From an uncultured Eggerthellaceae bacterium (lineage in GTDB: Bacteria > Actinomycetota > Coriobacteriia > Coriobacteriales > Eggerthellaceae), in the NCBI GenBank assembly GCA_949840905.1, contig CATKXW010000001.1, positions 75,499-139,498 of the forward strand: DNA of 64,000 bases, in the 5' to 3' direction. This document shows positions 54,832 through 62,703 of this stretch, in pieces (position 1 is the first letter of the stretch; every line of letters begins with the position of its first letter). The notes beneath the pieces are model-generated. The model saw only the letters and a list, made by a program, of their open reading frames with translations. It made no database searches and was not told where the DNA came from. The position numbers and the translations under genes were made by a program.

Positions 54832-57800
54832 TCAGCGACCCATCACCTTGTGAGCCAGGCCCTTCACGGTCTCTCGCCGCTTGCTGCCCACGGGCATCAG
54901 CGGGTTCACTATCTTGCGCACCGCGCGCCCCACCGGCAGCGCTGGCGGCTTGGGAGCCGGCGCGACATCAGGCCGCTCGTTGGCGAGCAGCATGGCCAGC
55001 ATCACCTCGTAGAACGGCGTGTTGCGCGCATAGCGCCAGTACACCTCGTTGCGATCGCAGTACCAATCCTTCCACGGCTTCTGGAACCCGGCGTAATGGA
55101 TGATCCACGGATCGGCATAGGATGCGCAGAACCCGTCGTAGACCGCCGCCGGCGCGTGGACGAACACGTTCGCGATACGGTTGCCGCAGTCGTTCATCAC
55201 GTTCCATCGCGGGTCGAGGTAGCGCACGCGCCCCTCGCAACAGGCGTTGAGCACGTCTTGGTCGTTATAGATGTAGTCGGGATCCGCCGCGAAGGTGAGC
55301 CACTCGTCCACCCCATGGGCGTTGCGCATCGCCTCGGTGTTCAGCACCAGCACCCCAGCTTGGAAGTAGTCGTAGGGGTCCTTCATGTGCAGCGTCTCAG
55401 CGTTGTAGGCCAGACGCTTGCCGTCCTTCAAGTTGAGGTTGCCGAGGAAGTCGATGTCGCGCACGGCTCCCACCAGGGCATCCCCCAGGTCGGTATCATA
55501 GAGCGCAGCCACGTCCCCCTCCACGATGAGGTCCGAATCCAGGTAGAGCACCTTATGGTATTCCGGCAGGATATCCTGGATCAGGAAGCGGAAGTACGTC
55601 TCGATGCCGATATGCTCGTTGTTGGTCGACAGGTCGTACTCGGCCACCAGGCTGCCGGCGCCTACGAATCGCAGGCGCGCGTTGGCGCGATCGAGGAACC
55701 GCTTCATCACCTGCTGATCGTAGCCGCTGATGCCGTTCTCCAACACCACGATGTCATAGAAGCGCTCAGGCGAGGCGTTCTCCAGCATGGAGGAGATGGT
55801 GGTGGTCAGCATGGGCACGTAGCCGCCGTCAGCAGCGAACACCACGGGCACCACCGGCAACGGCTGTTCGAGCTGCATGCTGGGCAGCGCCGGGCCGTGG
55901 GTCTTGTCCGGATGCTCGAAGTGCACGCACTGCACCTGCTTGGTCTTCCACTGCGCGCCGGTGCGCATCTGATGGTTATAGTAGATGTTGAACAAGCGCT
56001 CGGAGAGGTGACCAGGGGTGCGCAGCGCCTCTTTGCTATAGGTGCTCATGTCCGTCACTTCGCAGAACCGCTCCAAGATGGGGAACATCCACTCGCAGTA
56101 GGCGAAGAAGATGTCCTTCTTCATCACGTACATGTTGCAGAAGCAGGTGAAGTTGCCGTTAGCGAAGGCTTCGACGTCCTCGACGTAGTCGGGATGCATG
56201 TCCTCCACGATGGCGAGCACCGTCGGCAGGTCGTCCTCTTTCAGAAGGGGCGCTTCGACGTACTGCTCAAGGGGCGTGTTCGCGCGGAACGGGAACTTCC
56301 GCAGGTCCTTCATCTCGGTGGTGATGACGTCGTAGCCCTCCACGGCGCGGGCGATGGTAGCGTCGTCAAGACCGTACTTCTTCTGGGTGGCGGCATCTAT
56401 CACGCCGTCCATGATCTCGCCGTAGTCGTTCTCCTCATAGCGCACATCGCTGAAGTTGAAGTAGCGGCGGTAGTGGCAGAAGCCGTAGTAGTCGGCATCC
56501 ACGTTCTTCCACGCCCAGTACTGGGCCGTCAGCTCGCAGTACTGCGGGTTCAGCTCGCTGATGTTCTCGCCCGCGTCATCGGAGAGCATGTGGTCGAAGC
56601 GCGCAGCGGCGTTAGCCGCTCCCACCTGCACCGGTTGCAAGATGTCGCTCTCGAACAGGTCGACGTCCTTATGGGCCGCCACGAACAGGCGGATGCGCTG
56701 GTCGTCCCAACGCTTGCGGACGGCCTGCTGCACGGTGCGCGCACGCACGTTCTCACGATCGTTGCGCGCCTGCTGCGCCATGGCATAGGTGCGCGGCGAG
56801 AGCACCTTGGAGCGAGCGAGGCTGCGGGCGAGGTCGAACCACTGGTCGAAGGGCTCCTCTCCCTCATAGGCGGCACCCTGAGCCCACAGGGCGTAGGCAT
56901 CGTCGCGCACGAAGCGCACCAGCTCGTAGATGGTCTCGTCCTCGCCGATGATGGGGACCAGCCCCTGGGCCGCCTCCAGCTTGTCCTCGTCAGCCACACG
57001 CTCGTGCCAATCGTTGCAAAGGAGCTGCAGCAGCTTCTCCTTAGCGCCGCGCACCGCGCCGTCCAAGGAAGGATCGTGGCAGCTGGCGGCATATTCCTCG
57101 ATGGCGTCGATGGCCATCTGGAACGCGCGAGCGCTCTTCAGAAACGACTCCACGCTCAGAGCCGCCGAGCCGTTCAGGCCGCGACCGTAGTAATAGTCGA
57201 GAGCGACCACGTCATTGGCGGTGAGCTGCTCGCTCGCCAGGCTGGCGATGACGAAGAACTCGTAGGCGTCCTGGGCACGGCCGAGGCGCTCGGCGTTCAT
57301 GGCCTCATAGGCGCGCTTGAGGAAATCGGTGCGATAGACGCGCTGAGTGACGCGCCAGTCTTGCTCGTAGCCGCCTTCCGCATCGAAGATGACCTTCATG
57401 ATGCGCCGGCCGCGCAGAGGCGCCATGGGGCGGTTGATGTAGGCCTCGAAGGCCGCTCGCTCCCCTTCGTTCACCCCAGCGTCCACCACCCGTATGCCGT
57501 AGTGGAGCATCTCGCAGGGCCGCTGGGCCAAGCGCTCGTCCAGCGCTCCCAACGCCCCTGCGGGCACCTCGTCATCGGAGTCGAGGAACAGCGCGTATTC
57601 CCCGCTCGCACGGGCCACTCCGCTCTTGCGGGCCCGATGGGTGCCCTCGTTGTGCGGCTTGTCCACCACAACGAAACGCCCATCGCGAGCGGCATGGTCT
57701 TGGGCGATGACGGCGCACCGATCGGGCGAGCCGTCGATGACCACCACGGCCTCCCAATCGGTGAAGGACTGAGCGAGCAGGCTGTCCAAGCAGGCCGGGA

Positions 57801-57849
57801 GGTATCGCTCGTTGTCATAGGCGGGGATGATGACGGAGAACCGCTTCAT
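54832..57849 (-). CDS. Three-domain glycosyltransferase: GT2 + DUF4422-like + GT8
   Basis: 1005 aa. GT2 at aa 1-220 (FSVIIPAYDNERYL, DGSPD, DSDDE). Helical linker. DUF4422-like block at aa ~385-645 (LFVAAHKD...NPQYCELTAQYWAWKN...YGFCHYRRYF). GT8 at aa ~665-930 (VVFAADGGYV...YFRFLI...LYLDSDLIV). Basic C-terminal tail. Confidence 0.8.
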   Translation of the reverse strand: MKRFSVIIPAYDNERYLPACLDSLLAQSFTDWEAVVVIDGSPDRCAVIAQDHAARDGRFVVVDKPHNEGTHRARKSGVARASGEYALFLDSDDEVPAGALGALDERLAQRPCEMLHYGIRVVDAGVNEGERAAFEAYINRPMAPLRGRRIMKVIFDAEGGYEQDWRVTQRVYRTDFLKRAYEAMNAERLGRAQDAYEFFVIASLASEQLTANDVVALDYYYGRGLNGSAALSVESFLKSARAFQMAIDAIEEYAASCHDPSLDGAVRGAKEKLLQLLCNDWHERVADEDKLEAAQGLVPIIGEDETIYELVRFVRDDAYALWAQGAAYEGEEPFDQWFDLARSLARSKVLSPRTYAMAQQARNDRENVRARTVQQAVRKRWDDQRIRLFVAAHKDVDLFESDILQPVQVGAANAAARFDHMLSDDAGENISELNPQYCELTAQYWAWKNVDADYYGFCHYRRYFNFSDVRYEENDYGEIMDGVIDAATQKKYGLDDATIARAVEGYDVITTEMKDLRKFPFRANTPLEQYVEAPLLKEDDLPTVLAIVEDMHPDYVEDVEAFANGNFTCFCNMYVMKKDIFFAYCEWMFPILERFCEVTDMSTYSKEALRTPGHLSERLFNIYYNHQMRTGAQWKTKQVQCVHFEHPDKTHGPALPSMQLEQPLPVVPVVFAADGGYVPMLTTTISSMLENASPERFYDIVVLENGISGYDQQVMKRFLDRANARLRFVGAGSLVAEYDLSTNNEHIGIETYFRFLIQDILPEYHKVLYLDSDLIVEGDVAALYDTDLGDALVGAVRDIDFLGNLNLKDGKRLAYNAETLHMKDPYDYFQAGVLVLNTEAMRNAHGVDEWLTFAADPDYIYNDQDVLNACCEGRVRYLDPRWNVMNDCGNRIANVFVHAPAAVYDGFCASYADPWIIHYAGFQKPWKDWYCDRNEVYWRYARNTPFYEVMLAMLLANERPDVAPAPKPPALPVGRAVRKIVNPLMPVGSKRRETVKGLAHKVMGR

Positions 57850-57874
57850 GGGCGCTCACTTTCTCGTTTTCGAC

Positions 57875-57891
57875 ATGCTATATAATAGCAT
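57875..57891. promoter_or_regulatory. Perfect 17-bp palindrome containing back-to-back extended -10 elements (candidate operator/divergent promoter)
   Basis: ATGCTAT-ATA-ATAGCAT. The plus strand reads TGCTATATAAT and the minus strand reads TGCTATTATAT. It sits between the 1005-aa GT gene (-) and wzm (+). Confidence 0.55.
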
Positions 57892-57952
57892 CGCTCGACC
57901 GTCCGCTCGGTCAAGCGCGCCGCAGAACCGACGGTAAGGAGCGAGCCCGAAC

Positions 57953-58741
57953 GTGTCCGCACAGAGCGTACAGAACCAGACCGGCCTGAGGCGCGACTGG
58001 TTCACCATCACCTCTCTGGTCTCCAAGGATTTCAAGCTCAAATACCGTCGAAGCGTGCTGGGCGTGCTGTGGTCGGTGCTGAACCCGCTGCTCATGATGT
58101 GCGTGCTCACGGCCGTGTTCAGCACGTTCTTCCGCTTCGAGCTGGAGCACTATCCGTTCTACCTCATCTTGGGAACCACGCTGTTCTCGCTGATGTCGGA
58201 CTCCACCAACACCGCCATGACCTCCATCATCGACTCGGCGCCTCTCATCAAGAAGATACGCATCGACAAGATCATCTTCCCGCTCGAAAAGGTGCTGTTC
58301 CAGATGGTGAACTTCGCCATCTCGCTCATCGCCGTGGTCATCGTCATGGTGTTCCTGCAGATACCGCCCACCTTCAACCTGGCGTTCCTACCGCTGCTGC
58401 TCGTCTACGTGGCACTGTTCAGCGCAGGGCTCGGGCTCATCCTGTCCACCCTCGCGGTGTTCTTCCGCGACGTGGTGCACATCTGGAGCGTGGTCACCAC
58501 CGCATGGATGTACGCCACCCCGCTGTTCTACCCGGTCAGCATCTTGCCCGACTGGATGCTCGGGTTCGAGGCGTTCAACCCGATGTATCACTATGTCACC
58601 TACTTCCGCGACATCGCGCTGTGGGGGAACACCCCCGGCGCCATCGAGAACCTCGTGTGCTTCGCCATGGCCGCGGTCACGTTCCTGGTGGGCTTCTTCG
58701 TGTTCCGCAGGGCGCAGAAGAAGTTCATCCTCTACGTGTGA
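57953..58741 (+). CDS. ABC-2 type polysaccharide/teichoic-acid export permease (Wzm/TagG-like)
   Basis: 262 aa. KDFKLKYRRSVLGVLWSVLNP N-terminal signature, six TMs. GTG start with AAGGAG 11 nt upstream. Confidence 0.88.
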   Translation: MSAQSVQNQTGLRRDWFTITSLVSKDFKLKYRRSVLGVLWSVLNPLLMMCVLTAVFSTFFRFELEHYPFYLILGTTLFSLMSDSTNTAMTSIIDSAPLIKKIRIDKIIFPLEKVLFQMVNFAISLIAVVIVMVFLQIPPTFNLAFLPLLLVYVALFSAGLGLILSTLAVFFRDVVHIWSVVTTAWMYATPLFYPVSILPDWMLGFEAFNPMYHYVTYFRDIALWGNTPGAIENLVCFAMAAVTFLVGFFVFRRAQKKFILYV

Positions 58742-58759
58742 GCGAGAAAGGGACGCGCG

Positions 58760-60607
58760 ATGCCCAAAGAGGTCAACACATCTTCGCTGATGACGAGCGC
58801 CGCGGCTCCGGCCGCCGACGAGGGACGGACGGTGATAGCCGTCGAGGATGTCTCCATGGTGTTCAACATAGCCAACCAGCAGCTGAACAACTTGAAGGAA
58901 TACGCCATCGCGCTCGCGCGCCGCGAGCTTATGTTCAAGGAGTTCGTCGCCCTCGACCATGTCTCCCTCACCGTGAAGAAGGGGGATGTGTTCGGCATCC
59001 TGGGCACTAACGGCTCGGGCAAGTCCACCCTGCTGAAGATCATCGCCGGAGTGCTGGAGCCCACCTGCGGCACCGTCGAGATAGACGGGTCCATCGCCCC
59101 TCTGATAGAGCTGGGAGCTGGGTTCGACTTCGAGCTCACCGCTCGCGAGAACATCTACCTCAACGGCGCTCTGCTGGGCTATCCGCGGCGCTTCATCGAC
59201 GAGCATTTCGACGAGATAGTCGACTTCGCCGAGATAGGCGAGTTCCTCGACATGCCCATCAAGAACTATTCTTCGGGCATGGTGGCGCGCATCGCCTTCG
59301 CCATCGCCACGGTGATCGTGCCCGACATCCTCATCGTGGACGAGGTGCTGTCGGTGGGCGATTTCATGTTCCAGCAGAAGTGCGAGCAGAAGATACAGAG
59401 CCTCATCAACGAGCATGGGGTGACCGTGCTCATCGTCTCTCACAACAACGACCAGATAGAACGCCTCTGCAACAAGGCCATCTGGATAGAGAAGGGCCAT
59501 GGCCGCATCGTGGGCAGCGCAGAGGAGGTCTGCGGCATCTACCGCGCGCTCGGCGGCCACACCGGCAGCGCTCAGGCCGAAGCACAGCTCTTAGAGCTGA
59601 TCGAGAGTCCCGTGGCTCCCGCCGAAGACGCCCTCGAGGTGATCGCGGGCGATACCCGCTACAGCACCAACGTGCAGCTGGCGCGGCGCACGAGCTTGGC
59701 CGCCGGCGGCACGGCCACCATCGCGTTCGGAGAAGACCCCGACGCCCACCTGCTGGCCGTGGCCTTGGCCGGAGCGCTGCAAGGCGCGGCGCTCATCACG
59801 AAGGCCGATGAGCTGCCCGACGCCACAGCGCTGGTGCTGGCTCAGATGGCACCGTCCCGGGTCGTGCTGATGGATCGCGACGGCCAGCTCGCAGCGGATA
59901 TGGTCGATGCGGTGCGCGCAGTGGTCGGCCCCGCCTGCGAGGTCACCCGCCTCGCAGCGGACGGGACGGTCGCGCTCGCCCGCGGAGCGCTCGCCTATGC
60001 GGATGCCCACCACGCCACGTTCAGCCCGGTGGCCTTCGTGGTGGGCGGGAACGGCGCGTTCGCCTCCGCCACCATCGCCCCCTACCTCGCCCGCCATGGC
60101 TCTCAGCTGCTGTTCGCCACCGAGGGCGAGCCGCTGGATGGCACCGTCATGGAAGAGATGCGGAAGCGCGGGGCGCAAGAGGTCGTCTTGTTGGGCTCTG
60201 TGCCCGTGACCGAGAAGGGCCGTCACGCGGCCCAGCAGGCCGGGCTGACCCTCACCGCCCTCGCAGGCGACAGCGACGCAGAAGCCCATCGAACCGCCTT
60301 GCGGTGGCTCACGGAACGCCATCGAGCCACCGGCGAGCTGGTGAGCCGCCTGGTGCTGACCACCCTGGCCGGTCCGACCGACAGCTATTCGGCCGCTGCG
60401 CTAGCCGCCCAAGACCACGCCGTCATCATGATGGCCGACCACAACGACCTCGACAGCATGGCGGCGGTCGTCTCGTTCATCGAGGAGGAGCGCGGGGCGG
60501 TGGATTCCGTGGCCGTCATCGGCAACGACGCATGCTTCAACGGCACCGATCGCAAGCTCGTCCGAAAAGCCCTCGCCCGCGCGAAGGCCGCAGCGCAGAA
60601 GGGCTAA
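58760..60607 (+). CDS. Polysaccharide/teichoic-acid export ATP-binding protein (Wzt/TagH-like) with a ~335-aa C-terminal CWB2-like extension
   Basis: 615 aa. NBD with GTNGSGKST, YSSGM, ILIVDE. The C-terminal part has three CWB2-like segments, the first starting AGDTRYSTNVQLA. Confidence 0.85.
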   Translation: MPKEVNTSSLMTSAAAPAADEGRTVIAVEDVSMVFNIANQQLNNLKEYAIALARRELMFKEFVALDHVSLTVKKGDVFGILGTNGSGKSTLLKIIAGVLEPTCGTVEIDGSIAPLIELGAGFDFELTARENIYLNGALLGYPRRFIDEHFDEIVDFAEIGEFLDMPIKNYSSGMVARIAFAIATVIVPDILIVDEVLSVGDFMFQQKCEQKIQSLINEHGVTVLIVSHNNDQIERLCNKAIWIEKGHGRIVGSAEEVCGIYRALGGHTGSAQAEAQLLELIESPVAPAEDALEVIAGDTRYSTNVQLARRTSLAAGGTATIAFGEDPDAHLLAVALAGALQGAALITKADELPDATALVLAQMAPSRVVLMDRDGQLAADMVDAVRAVVGPACEVTRLAADGTVALARGALAYADAHHATFSPVAFVVGGNGAFASATIAPYLARHGSQLLFATEGEPLDGTVMEEMRKRGAQEVVLLGSVPVTEKGRHAAQQAGLTLTALAGDSDAEAHRTALRWLTERHRATGELVSRLVLTTLAGPTDSYSAAALAAQDHAVIMMADHNDLDSMAAVVSFIEEERGAVDSVAVIGNDACFNGTDRKLVRKALARAKAAAQKG

Positions 60608-61920
60608 TCGCGTCCGAACAGATCGCGCGTGTACACCTTAGCGCGCACGTCATCGAGCTCCGGATGATAGCGGTTCGCCAAGATGAGCGTGCTGCGACGC
60701 TTCAGCTCATCCAGATCGGCCACCACCTCTACCCCGTCGAACTCCGCACCGGCGAAGGCCGGTTCGTAGATGACCATGTCCACGCCCTTGTTCCGTAGCC
60801 GTTCCATCACGCCGATGATGGAGGATTGGCGGAAGTTGTCAGAGCCAGCCTTCATGGTGAGCCGATAGATGCCCACCACCGGGTGCACGCCGGTGCCGAA
60901 CCCGCCCCATTCTCGCAGAAGACCGTACACTTGCTCGGCGATGAGGTCTTTGCGCGTGTCGTTGGTGCGCACGATGGCGCCGATGAGCTCCTGGGGCACA
61001 TCCGCGTAGTTCGCCAACAGCTGCTTGCTGTCCTTGGGGAGGCAGTAGCCGCCGTAGCCGAACGAGGGGTTGTTGTAGTGGCCGCCGATGCGCGGATCGA
61101 GACACACGCCCTCGATGATCTGGGCCGTGTTCAGGCCGCGCAAGGCCGCATAGGTGTCCAGTTCGTTGAAGTAGCTCACGCGCAGGGCCAGATAGGTGTT
61201 GGCGAACAGCTTGATGGCCTCGGCCTCGGTGCTGCCGCAGACCAGCTGGGGCACAGCATCCATGGGCTCGGCTGCGCCTTCGGCCAGGAGCCGCGCGAAG
61301 AACGCGCCGAACTCGCAGTTGCGCCTATCGACAAGATCGACGCCCACCACGATGCGAGAGGGATGCAGGTTGTCGAACAGCGCATGGCCCTCGCGCAGGA
61401 ACTCAGGGCTGAACACGATGCGCCCATCGTTCGCCCGCTGACGCAGTTCGGCGGTATAGCCTACGGGAACGGTGGATTTGATGACGATCCAGCAGCGCTG
61501 GTTCACAGCGCGCACCGTGGCGATGGCCGTCTCCACCGTAGAGGTATCGAAGCGGTCGAGGTCGCTGTCATAGTCGGTAGGGGTGGCGATGACCACGATG
61601 TCGGCGCAACCATAGGCCGCTGCCGGATCGAAGGTAGCCCGTAGAGCCAGCGGATGCTCGCCGGTGGCCGCCGCCATGAAGGCCGCCGTTATCTCGGGAT
61701 CGGCGATGGGGCTGATCCAGTCGTTCACCATGGCGACCTTCTCGGGCACCACGTCCACCAAGGCGACATCGCTATGCTGGGCCAGCAGCGTCGCCATCGA
61801 CAGCCCCACATAGCCCGCGCCCGCCACCGCGATGCGCGCTCGGCCATCGGGGCGCACGAACGGCTCTTCTTCGACCGCTTGCTGTTGTTGTTGCTGCTGC
61901 TTCTTCCGCCCGAACACCAT
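60604..61920 (-). CDS. ugd: UDP-glucose 6-dehydrogenase family (nucleotide-sugar dehydrogenase)
   Basis: 438 aa. GAGYVGLS Rossmann motif and catalytic GYGGYCLPKD. The ATG at 61920 has SD GGAAGGGA. The N-terminal 30 aa includes seven consecutive Gln. Confidence 0.88.
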   Translation of the reverse strand: MVFGRKKQQQQQQQAVEEEPFVRPDGRARIAVAGAGYVGLSMATLLAQHSDVALVDVVPEKVAMVNDWISPIADPEITAAFMAAATGEHPLALRATFDPAAAYGCADIVVIATPTDYDSDLDRFDTSTVETAIATVRAVNQRCWIVIKSTVPVGYTAELRQRANDGRIVFSPEFLREGHALFDNLHPSRIVVGVDLVDRRNCEFGAFFARLLAEGAAEPMDAVPQLVCGSTEAEAIKLFANTYLALRVSYFNELDTYAALRGLNTAQIIEGVCLDPRIGGHYNNPSFGYGGYCLPKDSKQLLANYADVPQELIGAIVRTNDTRKDLIAEQVYGLLREWGGFGTGVHPVVGIYRLTMKAGSDNFRQSSIIGVMERLRNKGVDMVIYEPAFAGAEFDGVEVVADLDELKRRSTLILANRYHPELDDVRAKVYTRDLFGRD

Positions 61921-61932
61921 GGCGTTCCCTTC

Positions 61933-62691
61933 CTAGGAGATATGACCCAAAAAGTCCTTCGTGCGCTCCGATGTGGGATGGTCGAACACCTCTTCGGGCG
62001 TGCCCTCTTCCACGATGACGCCACCGTCCATGAAGATGACGCGATCGGCCACATCGCGCGCGAAGCCCATCTCGTGGGTCACCACGATCATGGTCATGCC
62101 CTTCCGCGCCAGGTTGCGCATGACGGCCAGCACATCGCGCACTAGCTCCGGATCGAGGGCGCTCGTGGCCTCGTCGAACAGCATGACATGCGGCTCCATG
62201 GCCAGAGCGCGGGCGATGGCCACGCGCTGCTGCTGACCGCCGGACAGCTCAGAGGGCTTGTAGTCCACGCGATCGGCCAGGCCCACCTCCGACAGGCGCT
62301 CGATGGCCACGGCCTCCGCCTCGGCCTTGGAGCGCTTCAACACCTTCTGCTGGGCGATCATGACGTTCTTCTTAGCCGTCATCTGCGGGAACAGGTTGAA
62401 GTTCTGAAACACCATGCCGATCTCGGCACGAACATGGTTGATGTCCACGCCCTTGGCGGTGATGTCGGTGTCCTCGAAGTAGATATGGCCGCCGGTCGGG
62501 GTCTCCAACAGGTTGATGCAGCGCAGCATGGTGGACTTGCCCGAGCCTGACGGCCCCAGCACCACCACCACTTCCCCGCGCTTCACTTCCAGGTTCACAT
62601 CGCGCAGCACCACGTTGTCGCCGAATGCCTTCTGCAGACCGACGATGCGCACGATGGGATCGTTGTCGTTCCTCAGCTCTTCCATGCCCAT
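61933..62691 (-). CDS. Polar amino-acid ABC transporter ATP-binding protein (GlnQ-like)
   Basis: 252 aa. [37 protein letters not shown]. Confidence 0.92.
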   Translation of the reverse strand: MGMEELRNDNDPIVRIVGLQKAFGDNVVLRDVNLEVKRGEVVVVLGPSGSGKSTMLRCINLLETPTGGHIYFEDTDITAKGVDINHVRAEIGMVFQNFNLFPQMTAKKNVMIAQQKVLKRSKAEAEAVAIERLSEVGLADRVDYKPSELSGGQQQRVAIARALAMEPHVMLFDEATSALDPELVRDVLAVMRNLARKGMTMIVVTHEMGFARDVADRVIFMDGGVIVEEGTPEEVFDHPTSERTKDFLGHIS

Positions 62692-62703
62692 CCTCCTTGG
62701 CCT

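Noticed and set aside
54850-57885. 1011-aa plus-strand ORF exactly antisense to the 1005-aa glycosyltransferase
   Set aside because: It has no motifs and an extreme His/Arg/Val/Gly/Ala composition. The opposite strand carries three clear GT domains. This is a shadow ORF caused by GC-rich codon bias.
57870-57895. Possible dif (XerC/D) site, because of the AT-rich centre flanked by inverted arms
   Set aside because: It lacks the conserved ATAA-N6-TTATG core of dif sites. It is 26 kb from the xer gene and sits exactly on a divergent promoter, so a promoter/operator explanation is preferred.
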